Source of the DNA: an uncultured Chloroflexia bacterium
GTDB lineage: Bacteria; Chloroflexota; Chloroflexia; Thermomicrobiales; UBA6265
Reading direction: 5' to 3'
DNA length: 64,000 nt
Assembly (NCBI GenBank): GCA_963724295.1
Contig: CAVRUC010000005.1
Span: 32,001 to 96,000 of the forward strand
The translations under genes were made by a program, and so were the position numbers. A model generated the notes under the pieces. It was not told the DNA's origin. It made no database searches and worked only from the letters and a program-made list of their open reading frames with translations. This document shows, one piece after another, positions 10,026-20,161 of this stretch (position 1 is its first letter; the number at the start of each line of letters is the position of its first letter).

Positions 10026-11680
10026 GCCGCGATCCCTTCTCGAGCGGCCAGCCGATCGGTTGCCGCCCAGAAGCGGTCCATCAGTGCCGTCTGCTCGCCC
10101 GACGACATCGGACGCGGCTGATGAAAATCCTCTATTTCTACGCCGTGAAATCTCAGACCGGCGATCGTCGTGCCCCGGAGAATGATCTCCAGCGCGTAAC
10201 CGGAGCGCACCTCCGCTGCCCACATCTGATCGAGGATGAAGTTCCCCAGCGAGTAGACGATTGGTTTTCCGGCGTAGATCTCCATGCCCTGGATCAGGTG
10301 AGGGTGGTTGGTCAACACCATGGCGGCCCCGGCGTCGATCGCCGCGTGGGCCGCTTGCACCGCCCAGGGCGGTACAACGGCAACGTATTCCGCGCCGAGA
10401 TGGAAGTAGGGAATGACCACGTCGGCGATGGCGGTCGCGGCCGCCACGTCTTCAACGACCTGGGCCACGAGATAGGGATTGGTTCCCGCACTGTCGCTTG
10501 TGGCCCCAACGTCGACGTCGAGCACGCCGTTCGCCGCGCCCGGCTCAACTTCATAGTTCGCCGTCACTCCGTCGATACCGAGGAAGGCAATACGAGTCCC
10601 ACCCGCCGCCACGACCCAAGGCGCCCGGGCTGTTGGGAGATCAGGGCCGGCACCGAAGTATGGGATGTCGTAGGCATCCAGCGCCGCGATGGTGTCGAGC
10701 AGCCCCTGCACTCCCCACCCTTCGTCATTCCACACTGAATGATTGTTTGCGAGGGTGACCGCATCAATCCCTGCCAGGGCGAAACCGTCGAGCATCGCCG
10801 GGCTGGAGACGAAGGAAACTGAGTGGGGATCGGCAGGTTGCGGCAGCGTGTCCGAGAGATTGCCCTCGAGGTTCGCCACAGTCACGTCAAACGACCGTAG
10901 CAGCGAGGCGACCCGCAGAAATGGCCGCGTGAAGTCGCCGTACTCGAGCATGTGCAGATGGACGTTGCGACCCGGCACGATATCGCCGACGACCCCGATG
11001 CGCACTGCCGCTCCGCCGTCGAGCGTCTCACGCAGCGGGTCATCTTCGCCAACGGGGAGTGCCCGCACCCGGAAGTCGACCAGTTCGTTCGGAACGAGCG
11101 CCACTGCCCCGGGATCAGCGAACAACGCCATTGCCAGCTCTTCATAGCTTTCATAGGTGCGTTCGGGTTGCATGGCGTTCGCTACTGCTGAGGCAAGGCC
11201 GACGGGATTTACGGGCAAGGCTACTGCCGACCCAACCTCGGCCCAATCGGTGACTCGCCCGGTGAGGATTCTCCATGGATCCTCGGGTCCGACGCCGGCG
11301 AGCGGAAGTCTGGGAGACGCTACAAGCGCCATTCCCTCGGGGACGCCGATATTTCGCAACTCCCGCACCGGTTCACGCCGCACTTCGGGCGTCGCGGCGG
11401 CGTCGGTCTCTGTCGGAGTCGCCGGAGCCAGGACGGGCGTCGCTGGCGATTTGACGACGGTCGCCGGCATAGGCGCTGACGGCACAGCTGGAGTCGTGTC
11501 GCTACCCGGCGCCTCGACCGTCCGCGAGTACTGAACAGCGAGAGCACCAACGGCGCCAATCGCTGCCGCCGCGACCGGTATCGCTCCCGCGACCAGTGCG
11601 CGGCGGCTCAACGGCGGCCGTGCCCGGTGTGTCGGTGCCCGCCCTGGTTCTTTCGACATTGGTATGCGGTGCTCAGTCAC
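10016..11680 (-). CDS. CapA/PgsA-family metallophosphoesterase-like protein with Tat-like signal
   Basis: LSRRALV leader; VGDIVPGR, ANLEG, LANNHS, HLGAEY, NHPH, YSLGNF motifs. Confidence 0.85.
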   Translation of the reverse strand: MTEHRIPMSKEPGRAPTHRARPPLSRRALVAGAIPVAAAAIGAVGALAVQYSRTVEAPGSDTTPAVPSAPMPATVVKSPATPVLAPATPTETDAAATPEVRREPVRELRNIGVPEGMALVASPRLPLAGVGPEDPWRILTGRVTDWAEVGSAVALPVNPVGLASAVANAMQPERTYESYEELAMALFADPGAVALVPNELVDFRVRALPVGEDDPLRETLDGGAAVRIGVVGDIVPGRNVHLHMLEYGDFTRPFLRVASLLRSFDVTVANLEGNLSDTLPQPADPHSVSFVSSPAMLDGFALAGIDAVTLANNHSVWNDEGWGVQGLLDTIAALDAYDIPYFGAGPDLPTARAPWVVAAGGTRIAFLGIDGVTANYEVEPGAANGVLDVDVGATSDSAGTNPYLVAQVVEDVAAATAIADVVIPYFHLGAEYVAVVPPWAVQAAHAAIDAGAAMVLTNHPHLIQGMEIYAGKPIVYSLGNFILDQMWAAEVRSGYALEIILRGTTIAGLRFHGVEIEDFHQPRPMSSGEQTALMDRFWAATDRLAAREGIAAQS

Positions 11681-11705
11681 CCATTCGTCTCAGCGCGTTC
11701 CTGGC

Positions 11706-12944
11706 TCAACGTGCCTCCGGCGGGTAGCGTTCGAAGTATTCGACGATCGCGTTCTCGTACGCGGTCACGATGGCGCTCCGCCCTTCGAGTGTCGACAACA
11801 CCGCGGCATCCCCGTCGTTTGAGACAAACAGCGCCTCGACGATCGCGCCGGGCATCTTGCTCGCCGTAACGACGCCTGGCACCTCAGGTCCGGTCATGAT
11901 GAAATGCCGGAATAGCGAGTGTTCCATCTGCACGTCGGCGGTAGTATCCGGCAGCACTCCTCGCTCATCCTCGGCGGGGAGTACGTAACCGATCTTTGCC
12001 AGCTGCTCCTTGAGATGCGCGTATGCCAGGGTGGCAAAAACCGCGTTTCGGTCACCGAACTGTCGCTCACGGGTGAACCAGGTCTCGAATCCGTGCGGAC
12101 CACCGGTCGAGTACCCGTTGACATGCATTGACACGAGAAGATCGGCGTTCGCCTTATTGCAGACGTTGATTCGCGCCTGAAGCTCGTCCAGATTCTTGTT
12201 GCGATTCGAGCGCGGCGCGTCATGAGCGGCGGTCCGGCCGTCGCCGTTCACATCCCGCCCATCGACGTTCACCGCCGTATCCGTCTCCCTGGTCATGATC
12301 ACTGTGTACCCACGTTGTTGCAGACGCGCCTCGAGATCCCATGCCTGCTCCAAAGTGAGCATGGCCTCCTCCATGGCCGGGATGTCGTTTTCAAAGAAAC
12401 GAGCGAACCCGCGGTCCTCTCCGCCATGCCCGGGATCGAGGCAGACGACGGGCGGTCGAGCGAACGCGACCGGGAGCGCTATTGGCGTCTCCTCAACTGG
12501 TTCCAACGGTGGCGCGACCGGAGCAAGCTCCGGAGGAGCTGGAACTGTTTGCGCTGCCAGGTCTGGTTGGGTCCCGGTCGGCGTCGGCTCCTCAACACGA
12601 CCGAAGAGCCGTCCGCCCGCAAAAGCGAGAACCGTGAGCCCCAGGATCAGCAGTGTCCCTGCCAGGGTAATTCCCTTCGATCTAACCTGGGTTTCCGGGC
12701 GGGACTTCGGCATCCGGGGAACCGGACGGGCAACGCCAGTCTTCGAGCCGGCTCCCCTCGAAGATGATCCGGCGCTTGTCCTGGGTCTACGTCCCGAGCC
12801 TGCCCGGACGGACTGAGAATCGAGATTCAAAACTGGCTGCTCTGAGCCATGCTCTTCGCGCCACGACCAGTCCTCCGCATCCAGCGGCAGGCGCGCTTTC
12901 GGTCTGGGTAGGTTGTCCTTATACCAGTCGTTCATCCCGGTCAC
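11706..12944 (-). CDS. Membrane-anchored N-acetylmuramoyl-L-alanine amidase (Amidase_3)
   Basis: TM helix, VCLDPGHGG, MTRETD, LVSMHVNG, AIVEALFVSN. Confidence 0.85.
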   Translation of the reverse strand: MTGMNDWYKDNLPRPKARLPLDAEDWSWREEHGSEQPVLNLDSQSVRAGSGRRPRTSAGSSSRGAGSKTGVARPVPRMPKSRPETQVRSKGITLAGTLLILGLTVLAFAGGRLFGRVEEPTPTGTQPDLAAQTVPAPPELAPVAPPLEPVEETPIALPVAFARPPVVCLDPGHGGEDRGFARFFENDIPAMEEAMLTLEQAWDLEARLQQRGYTVIMTRETDTAVNVDGRDVNGDGRTAAHDAPRSNRNKNLDELQARINVCNKANADLLVSMHVNGYSTGGPHGFETWFTRERQFGDRNAVFATLAYAHLKEQLAKIGYVLPAEDERGVLPDTTADVQMEHSLFRHFIMTGPEVPGVVTASKMPGAIVEALFVSNDGDAAVLSTLEGRSAIVTAYENAIVEYFERYPPEAR

Positions 12945-12986
12945 GCGCCGCGCACACCACCCGCCCTGCCGTCCCCGGCAAGTTAC

Positions 12987-13949
12987 TCATCCAGGATATA
13001 CGCTGAAGTATCGAGTAATGGCTTGCTCATACGCACCGACAATGGTCTCGTCCGCGATCTCAGATTGGATGAAGGCCGCATCCTCTGCGTTGGACAGGAA
13101 CAGGCCCTCGATGACGGCCCCAGGCATCTCACTCGGCACCAGCTCGCCAGGGCGTTCCGGACCCGTGACCACGTGGTCCTCGATGCCGATACCTCGGTCG
13201 ACCGCGTCGTAGTCGGCGTTCGCATAGGCCTCGGCCAGGGCCTCGTGCATGAACGTCGCAAACGCCTGCGAGCGGCCGCTGAACCCCCGTTTATCGTTGA
13301 ACCACACTTCATAGCCGGCGAGGAACTCGTTTTCCGCGCCGTTGTAGTGAACCGAGACCAGGAGATCGGCGGCCGCAAGGTTGCAGATGTTGACCCGCGC
13401 TTGCAGGTCGTCCAGTTGGTCGGTTCGCGCAGGTCCTCCCTCCGGTGCTACCTCGCCATCTCCATTGACGTCCTCGTTCGACGGATTCACCTCAGTATCG
13501 GTCTCGCGCGTCAGCACGACCTCGTAGCCCTTTTCGCGCAGTCGCTCCGCCAACATGAGTGAGTGCTCGAGAACGACGTCCTTTTCTTGGAGGACGATGC
13601 GCCCATTTTCCACGCGCACGTTGCCGAGGTCCTCACCACCGTGTCCAGGGTCGATGCAGACGATATTCCGGCCGTCCTGTGCATAGAGCTCGTCGACGCC
13701 AGCCACGGGCACCGGGGCCGGCGTGGGTGTCGGCGACTCGGGTCGGGGCGTCGGCGTCGGGGGTGATGGCGTTGCGGTCGGCGTCGGGAGGGGAGTTGCC
13801 GTGGGGACCGGCGTGGCCGTCGGTGGTGGAGCGGCGAGTCGCTGGCTGCCCAACCGTGCCCCGACGATGAGCGCGGCGATTCCGAGTGAAATGAGCAGAA
13901 TTATGGCCCCGCGGGCGACATCCTCCTGCCGGCTCTGCCGCCAATTCAT
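12987..13949 (-). CDS. Membrane-anchored N-acetylmuramoyl-L-alanine amidase (Amidase_3)
   Basis: TM helix, Pro/Thr linker, CIDPGHGG, EKD, LTRETD, VSVHYNG, VIEGLFLSN. Confidence 0.85.
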   Translation of the reverse strand: MNWRQSRQEDVARGAIILLISLGIAALIVGARLGSQRLAAPPPTATPVPTATPLPTPTATPSPPTPTPRPESPTPTPAPVPVAGVDELYAQDGRNIVCIDPGHGGEDLGNVRVENGRIVLQEKDVVLEHSLMLAERLREKGYEVVLTRETDTEVNPSNEDVNGDGEVAPEGGPARTDQLDDLQARVNICNLAAADLLVSVHYNGAENEFLAGYEVWFNDKRGFSGRSQAFATFMHEALAEAYANADYDAVDRGIGIEDHVVTGPERPGELVPSEMPGAVIEGLFLSNAEDAAFIQSEIADETIVGAYEQAITRYFSVYPG

Positions 13950-14107
13950 CCTGCTGTCGGCCCTCGGTCCAGATTCGGGAAATCATGCATGCCGCGCTTT
14001 CCGGCGGTCTCGTGCGGTGACTACAATCGGGGCGGGATAGAGCCTAGCCTAGCGGTAACGGCGGCAAGGCACAAGTCCGGGATTTCGAGGGACGATCTCG
14101 CTGCACG

Positions 14108-14136
14108 TTGACAGGATGGAAACCACTCGATACGAT
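14108..14136 (+). promoter_or_regulatory. Sigma70-type promoter of the polyol ABC operon
   Basis: TTGACA (14108-13), 17-nt spacer, TACGAT (14131-36). Confidence 0.7.
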
Positions 14137-14303
14137 CCCGCCCACCTCGACGTAGAGGCGAGTTGAAAGCTCGCCGGTCACCGCAACGACTCATGACCAA
14201 GTCACGGGAGTTCAGCTTCGCCCGCGGGGGCTGGCAACCCACGATCCATAGGTTCTGCGATGCATCCGGCAATGACGGCGATCCTCTGAAGGAGGAGACG
14301 ACA

Positions 14304-15683
14304 ATGCGCAGGAGACTTGTCTCCATTTTGGTGATCCTGGCGGTCACCGCGACGACCATGCTTCAACTCGCGACGAGCTCGCTTGCTCAAACGCCGGTGG
14401 CGGCGCCAAACACCGACATTTCCGGCACCATCGACGTTGGGATGGTGGCTAACCCGCAGATGGTTGCGCTGCAAGAGGTCGTGGAGTCGGGTGCCTTCAA
14501 TCAACTCTACCCGAACATCGTCGTCAACCTGACCGTCCTGCCCGAGAACGAGATCAGGCAGACCCTTACCCAGGACGTGACGACGCAGTCCGGCCAGTTC
14601 GACGTCTTCACCATCGGCCCGTTCGAGGTCCCGCTGTGGGCGGAGCAAGGGTGGCTGGAGGAAGTCGGTGAGGCGGCGGGGGCCGATCCCGCCTACAACC
14701 TTGACGATGTCTTCGAGAGCATGAAGGCCGGGCTTACCTATGACGGTGGGCTCTACGCACTGCCGTTCTACGGCGAGAGCGCGATGACCTTCTACCGCAA
14801 GGATCTCTTCGAGGAGGCCGGGCTGGAAATGCCGGAACGGCCGACATGGGATCAGATCGAAGAGTTCGCGGCGGCTCTCAACAAGCCCGGCGAAGTTTCC
14901 GGCGTCTGCTTGCGCGGTCTGCCCGGCTGGGGCGAGATGGGCGCGCCGCTGGGCACCGTGATCAACGCCTTCGGCGGGCGATGGTACGACGAGAATTGGG
15001 TTGCCCAGCTCAATGACCCCGATTCCGCGGAGGCAATCCGCTTCTACATCGAGCTGCTCCAGAACTACGGTCCGGAGGGCGTTGTCGGCAACGGCTTCAC
15101 AGAGAGTCAGACCCTGCTCATCCAGGGTCAGTGCGCACAGTGGTATGACGCCACCTCCGCAGCTGAGCTGATCACCGACCCGGCGACCAACCCTGATTAC
15201 GAGCAGGTCGGGTTTGCCTACGGACCATCGCAGAAGCTACCCACGGGCAACTGGCTCTGGAGTTGGAACTTCGCCATGGCGGCAAACTCGGATGCCAAGG
15301 ACGCCGCCCTCGCGTTCATGATGTGGGCAACGTCGACCGACTATGTCGACACCATCGTCGCCACCGACGGCGGCTGGGGTCGCGCCCCGACCGGGGCCCG
15401 CGCCTCCGTCTACGAGAACCCGTCGTATCAGGAGCGGGCGGCCGACTTTTCCGAAATTGTTCTCAACTCCATCAATGAGGCGAATCCGAACGAGCCGACC
15501 GAGGAGCCAGTGCCATACACCGGCGGGCAGTTCGTTCGCATCCCGGAATTCCAGGAGTTGGGCAACGACGTCACCCAGATATTCGCCTCGGCGATAGTTG
15601 GGGATATCGAGATCGATGCGGCCATCGAGGAGGCCAATAATCTGGCCAACCAGGTTGCCATCGACGCCGGATATCAGGAATAG
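14304..15683 (+). CDS. Sugar-alcohol (sorbitol/mannitol, SmoE-like) ABC substrate-binding protein
   Basis: AAGGAGG RBS; signal peptide; LPFYGES, CLRGLPGWGE, WYDAT, WLWSW, VPYTGGQFVRIPEFQ typical of SmoE/MtlE. Confidence 0.85.
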   Translation: MRRRLVSILVILAVTATTMLQLATSSLAQTPVAAPNTDISGTIDVGMVANPQMVALQEVVESGAFNQLYPNIVVNLTVLPENEIRQTLTQDVTTQSGQFDVFTIGPFEVPLWAEQGWLEEVGEAAGADPAYNLDDVFESMKAGLTYDGGLYALPFYGESAMTFYRKDLFEEAGLEMPERPTWDQIEEFAAALNKPGEVSGVCLRGLPGWGEMGAPLGTVINAFGGRWYDENWVAQLNDPDSAEAIRFYIELLQNYGPEGVVGNGFTESQTLLIQGQCAQWYDATSAAELITDPATNPDYEQVGFAYGPSQKLPTGNWLWSWNFAMAANSDAKDAALAFMMWATSTDYVDTIVATDGGWGRAPTGARASVYENPSYQERAADFSEIVLNSINEANPNEPTEEPVPYTGGQFVRIPEFQELGNDVTQIFASAIVGDIEIDAAIEEANNLANQVAIDAGYQE

Positions 15684-15739
15684 TCCCGATTGCGCATCGA
15701 GGCTGACGCTGGAGGATGGCTCCAGTAATTCGGCGCTCA

Positions 15740-15768
15740 GGGGGTTGGAGCGACTCGCTCCGACCCCC
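15740..15768 (+). terminator. Intercistronic stem-loop after the SBP gene (partial terminator or mRNA stabiliser)
   Basis: GGGGGTTGGAGCG-act-CGCTCCGACCCCC, 13-bp stem with one G-U pair. Confidence 0.55.
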
Positions 15769-15837
15769 GCCTCGGACTCCTAGTCGGAGAAGGCACACGG
15801 CCCCCGGCGCGTAGACCGTTTCGACGAAGGATTCTCT

Positions 15838-16788
15838 ATGGCGATCGCGGACACTCCGTTACAGACTCGTGCATCGCCATATACAGTGCCAACGGTACGG
15901 CGAGGCCTGGCTGATCATCAGATCGGCCGGTTGCTTGTCCTGCCGGCACTGATTTTCGCCATCCTGGTCACCCAAGTCCCATTCCTGCTGACCATCTGGT
16001 ACAGCCTTCAGCGCTGGAACCTCAACCGGCCCGATCGCCGTGCCTTCGTGGGATTGGATAATTACGTCTTCTTGCTGACGCGAGATCCCGCCTTCCTGGA
16101 GGCCATAGGCAACACTGTCGTCTTCGTCGTTGGTTCGGTGGTAGCGTCTCTGGCCCTCGGCCTGCTCTACGCCGAACTGGTCAACCATCGCTTCCCCGGA
16201 CGGGGCATCGTGCGCACGATGCTGATCACGCCGTTCCTGATCATGCCCGCGGCGGCGGCGCTGACATGGAAGAACCAGTTGCTCAATCCGAATTACGGCG
16301 TCGTCGACTGGGCGGTCAACACCACGTTGCCCGGAAACCCGGGTCCCAGCTGGCTGGACGAATTTCCCATGCTCTCAGTCATCGTGGTCATCGTCTGGCG
16401 CTGGGCCCCGTTCATGATGCTTATCCTCCTTGCCGGCATGCAGTCGATCTCCGAAGAGGTGCGGGAGGCGGCGCGGGTCGATGGCGCGACGGCCAGGCAA
16501 GAGTTTCTTGACATTACCCTTCCTCAGCTGTGGCGATTCATGCAGCTTGGCGGTCTTCTGGGCACGGTCTTCATCGTGCAGGAGATTGACCCGATCTTCA
16601 TGATGACCGGCGGTGGTCCCGGAGACGCGACCACGACGCTGCCCTATCTCGTCTACGAGAAAGCCCGTGAGTCGTTCGACATCGGCCGGGGTGCAGCGCT
16701 CGGCGTCATCGTGGTCTTGATTTCGATCGTCGCCATCACATTCCTGGTGCGGCTCCTCGATCGAATGTTGGAACGGCGCGAGGCGTAG
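15838..16788 (+). CDS. Carbohydrate ABC permease (SmoF/MalF-like)
   Basis: WRWAPFMMLILLAGMQ, EAARVDGA. Confidence 0.9.
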   Translation: MAIADTPLQTRASPYTVPTVRRGLADHQIGRLLVLPALIFAILVTQVPFLLTIWYSLQRWNLNRPDRRAFVGLDNYVFLLTRDPAFLEAIGNTVVFVVGSVVASLALGLLYAELVNHRFPGRGIVRTMLITPFLIMPAAAALTWKNQLLNPNYGVVDWAVNTTLPGNPGPSWLDEFPMLSVIVVIVWRWAPFMMLILLAGMQSISEEVREAARVDGATARQEFLDITLPQLWRFMQLGGLLGTVFIVQEIDPIFMMTGGGPGDATTTLPYLVYEKARESFDIGRGAALGVIVVLISIVAITFLVRLLDRMLERREA

Positions 16789-16790
16789 AG

Positions 16791-17693
16791 ATGGCAACGC
16801 TCAGCCCACAGCGAAGTCGATGGTTCGGCTCGATCGGCGCTGGTCGAGGATTTTCGAAGGAAACCGCCTCGCCGCTCTGGGCGGTCACGGCCTGGATCGT
16901 GGGGCTTATCGCCTTTTTCCCTGTCCTCTACATGTTCCTTACCGGCTTCAAGTCAGAGCGCGCGGCGGTGGAGCTTCCTCCAAAGCTGATCTTCTGGCCG
17001 ACGTTCGAGAACTATCAAGCCGTCTTTGGCATCAATTTTCTGCCGTTTTTCCGGAACTCGATCATCACGTCGTTGGTCTCCACGTTTTTCGTTATGCTCC
17101 TCGCCATCCCGTGTGCATATGCCCTGGCCCTCTATCGGCCGAAAAAGTGGAAAGACATCCTGTTCTTCTTCATCTCCACCCGATTCTTGCCCGTGGCCGG
17201 AGTGATCGTGCCCCTTTACGTCATCTTCAGCCCGACTGGTGATCCCGCCCTCGGCGGCCGCGGCCTCAACTTGCTCGGAACGCTGCCGGGGCTGATTCTC
17301 CTCTACACGGCCATGAACCTACCGATTGCAATCTGGATGCTGCGCTCATTCTTCGAAGAGGTGCCCCGGGACGTGCTCGACGCCGCCCGGGTCGACGGCG
17401 CGGGTCTCCCGCGCGAGATGCTTCAGATCGTGCTACCCATGGTGGCGCCCGGTTTGGTGGCGACCATATTCATCTCGATCATCTTCGCCTGGAACGAGTT
17501 CTTTCTGGCCTACAACCTGGCGCCAAAAGAATCGACGGTCCCCATGTTCATGGTCCGCTTCGTGACGTCGGAAGGACTCTTCTGGGCAAAGCTGGCCGCT
17601 TCTTGCACGATGGCGGTCTTCCCAATCGTCCTGCTTGGCTGGATGGCGCAGCGGCAACTGGTGCGCGGCCTCTCGATGGGTGCCGTGAAATAG
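16791..17693 (+). CDS. Carbohydrate ABC permease (SmoG/MalG-like)
   Basis: DAARVDGA, FAWNEFF, SEGLFWAKL, RGLSMGAVK. Confidence 0.9.
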   Translation: MATLSPQRSRWFGSIGAGRGFSKETASPLWAVTAWIVGLIAFFPVLYMFLTGFKSERAAVELPPKLIFWPTFENYQAVFGINFLPFFRNSIITSLVSTFFVMLLAIPCAYALALYRPKKWKDILFFFISTRFLPVAGVIVPLYVIFSPTGDPALGGRGLNLLGTLPGLILLYTAMNLPIAIWMLRSFFEEVPRDVLDAARVDGAGLPREMLQIVLPMVAPGLVATIFISIIFAWNEFFLAYNLAPKESTVPMFMVRFVTSEGLFWAKLAASCTMAVFPIVLLGWMAQRQLVRGLSMGAVK

Positions 17694-17806
17694 CCGCGAC
17701 CGCCGGGAGCGCTTGTACTCGCTGCTGGTACCGACCAGCGTTCGACTTGTGTTCTTCGGCCGAGAGCCAACTACCGATGACTAAAAGCCCACATCGGAGG
17801 TGCGAA

Positions 17807-18820
17807 ATGAAAGCGGTCATGGTCGAGGAACCCGGCAATGTTCGGGTCGTCGATGTCCCCGAACCCGAGCCGGGACCAGACGACGTCGTCGTCCGAGTCA
17901 GCGCCTGCGGTATTTGCGGCACTGATATCCATATCATCGACGGCGAGTTCCCGCCGACGGTCTACCCGATCATCATCGGTCACGAGTTCGGCGGCGAAGT
18001 GACGGCGGTAGGGGAGAACGTCAAAGATATTTCCGTCGGTGACCGCGTTGGCGTCGACCCTACGCTGAATTGCGGCGCCTGCTACTTCTGCCAACGCGGA
18101 ATGGGAAATCTCTGCGAGCGGTGGAACGCGGTCGGCGTCGGGCATCATGCCGGGGGCTTCGCGGAATATGTGGCTGTTCCCGAGCGTGTCGTCTATCCCA
18201 TCCCCGGTGACATGTCGATGAAGGCTGCCGCGCTGATCGAGCCTGTCTCCTGCGTCGTGCGTGGCTTCCATCGCCTGCAACCCCAGACAGGAGAGACCTA
18301 TCTCATCTACGGTGCGGGACCGATGGGACTGCTCAACGCTCAGGTCGCGCGGTACAACGGTGCGAGTCTGGTCGCGCTGATCGACATCAATCCCAGCCGG
18401 CTCGAGCGAGCCAGGAACGATTTCGGCTTCGAGCACGTGGCGACGAACCTCGAAGATCTCCGGCCCATCGCACCCCGGGGATTCGACAATGTGATCGAGG
18501 CGACCGGTGTGACCAAGGTGGCTGAAGCAGCCATTGACGCGGTCAAGCGGCGCGGAAAATTGCTCCTCTTTGGCGTCTGCCCGCCGGGCGAGAAAGCCAG
18601 CTACGACGCGTTCAAGATTTACAACGAGGAGATCTCGATCCTGGGGACGATGGCCGTACTCAATTCCTATGGTCCTGCCATCGACATCCTCAGCTCCGGG
18701 GCCATCGACACCGAGCGGATGGTGTCAGATACGTACACGCTCGATCAATTCCCGGAAGCTGTGGCTCATGTGCGAACCGGCAAGGGGCTGAAGGTTCAGG
18801 TAGCAGGCACGAGCGCCTGA
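17807..18820 (+). CDS. Zinc-dependent alcohol/polyol dehydrogenase (MDR family)
   Basis: GGAGG RBS; CGICGTD, GHEFGG, CxxCxxC(x7)C, YGAGPMG. Confidence 0.9.
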   Translation: MKAVMVEEPGNVRVVDVPEPEPGPDDVVVRVSACGICGTDIHIIDGEFPPTVYPIIIGHEFGGEVTAVGENVKDISVGDRVGVDPTLNCGACYFCQRGMGNLCERWNAVGVGHHAGGFAEYVAVPERVVYPIPGDMSMKAAALIEPVSCVVRGFHRLQPQTGETYLIYGAGPMGLLNAQVARYNGASLVALIDINPSRLERARNDFGFEHVATNLEDLRPIAPRGFDNVIEATGVTKVAEAAIDAVKRRGKLLLFGVCPPGEKASYDAFKIYNEEISILGTMAVLNSYGPAIDILSSGAIDTERMVSDTYTLDQFPEAVAHVRTGKGLKVQVAGTSA

Positions 18821-18842
18821 AGTCGGAGTTGAGCGGAGCCGG

Positions 18843-19640
18843 TTAGAGAAACAGCAGCATCGCCCCGGCAACGAATGGGATGATGACGACTGCCGACCGC
18901 AGGAGCCGACGTGGCGCTCGCCGTGTGAAGCGCGCCCCGATATAGGCTCCCGATGCTAACCCGATGGTCAGCCCCAGGAGATGCGGCAGGGAAACGTCGC
19001 CGTGGCGAGCCAGAGCCGCGCCCCCCGAGGCACTGATGAATACCAGCACCAGCATCGTTGTGCCGACGGTCTGACGCAGCGGCAAGTGGTGCACGGTCAG
19101 GAGTCCAAGCTGCAAGAGCGGCGCCATGCCGACGCCGAAAAAAGCAGCCGCTGCCCCGCCCGTGGCGCCCAGTCCAATCCCCGCAAACCACTCCCGCGGG
19201 GATCTCGAGGATTCTCCGTGCCATACCTGCTCGCGTGTCGCCGGTATGGCGCCGGTAAGTCGCGTTCTCAGCCACATGAGAACTGCCAGACCCCAGAGCG
19301 CTATCCCGGCGGACGTTGCCAGCGTTTGATCGTCAACCGCCTGGCTTGCATCAGCCCCCAGCACTGCGCCGGCCGCACCGGAGAGTCCGATGATGAGTCC
19401 GAGGCGCTGCGCAACATTCCCCTCGCGCACGTGCGAGATGGCTCCGGAGACCGTGACGAAGAACATGGCAACCAGTGCGGTGCCAATCGCCGTGTGAGCA
19501 GGAAGGTCAAACCCGGTCGTCAGGATCGCGACGGCAACCCCGGCGCCGCCCGCGCCAACAAACCCAATCAGGAGCCCGATGCCGAACGTAACTGCGGCGA
19601 GCTCGCCGACGATCAGAAGATCGTGGAACCCGAAAATCAC
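18843..19640 (-). CDS. TauE/SafE-family (TSUP) sulfite exporter
   Basis: Multi-TM, Gly-rich GFVGAGGAG and AIGT/TVGT duplicated halves. Confidence 0.8.
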   Translation of the reverse strand: MIFGFHDLLIVGELAAVTFGIGLLIGFVGAGGAGVAVAILTTGFDLPAHTAIGTALVAMFFVTVSGAISHVREGNVAQRLGLIIGLSGAAGAVLGADASQAVDDQTLATSAGIALWGLAVLMWLRTRLTGAIPATREQVWHGESSRSPREWFAGIGLGATGGAAAAFFGVGMAPLLQLGLLTVHHLPLRQTVGTTMLVLVFISASGGAALARHGDVSLPHLLGLTIGLASGAYIGARFTRRAPRRLLRSAVVIIPFVAGAMLLFL

Positions 19641-19945
19641 CGCGTTCGCGGATCGACCACACCCCTGTGCACGACCGCGCGAGTCTCAATTGCGTTGACG
19701 GGCCCCACGTAATGGCGCTCCGCCGGTGGGCGCAGCCAAGGCGCGACGTACCTGCGCCATGCCAGGTAAACAACAACGACCGGGACGATGACCAGCGCGA
19801 CCATCGCCACACGAATGAATGCGCCAATGAATCCAGCGAAGAACCATCCCAGGAGTACACCAAGCAGAATGCCCGCAAAGAAGCCAAAGCTTCCCCATTG
19901 GAAACGCCCGCCCTGGGATCCACGCATGCCATCGCGCCCGTTCAT
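19637..19945 (-). CDS. Small two-TM hypothetical membrane protein
   Basis: Hydrophobic stretch FGFFAGILLGVLLGWFF..; stop overlaps the TauE start. Confidence 0.6.
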   Translation of the reverse strand: MNGRDGMRGSQGGRFQWGSFGFFAGILLGVLLGWFFAGFIGAFIRVAMVALVIVPVVVVYLAWRRYVAPWLRPPAERHYVGPVNAIETRAVVHRGVVDPRTR

Positions 19946-20161
19946 AGCGACCCCCGAATTGCCCGCGTCTGCTCCCACGAGCCGCCGTGCAAGATTGACT
20001 GCTCTCCAGAGTACCGCACCAGAACCCGAAAATCCTTCACATTTCGCGCACATTCCTGATCCGGCTCGTTGCGCCAGTGACTGGAGCGGCGTGCGCTCCG
20101 GAGTCACCTCAGGTATCCTGCGTGCCGCCTGAGCGGTCCTGCTCCGGCGCCTGGGGGGCAC

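Noticed and set aside
14025..14100. tRNA-like start CGGGGCGGGATAGAGCC
   Set aside because: No TpsiC arm or acceptor-stem pairing
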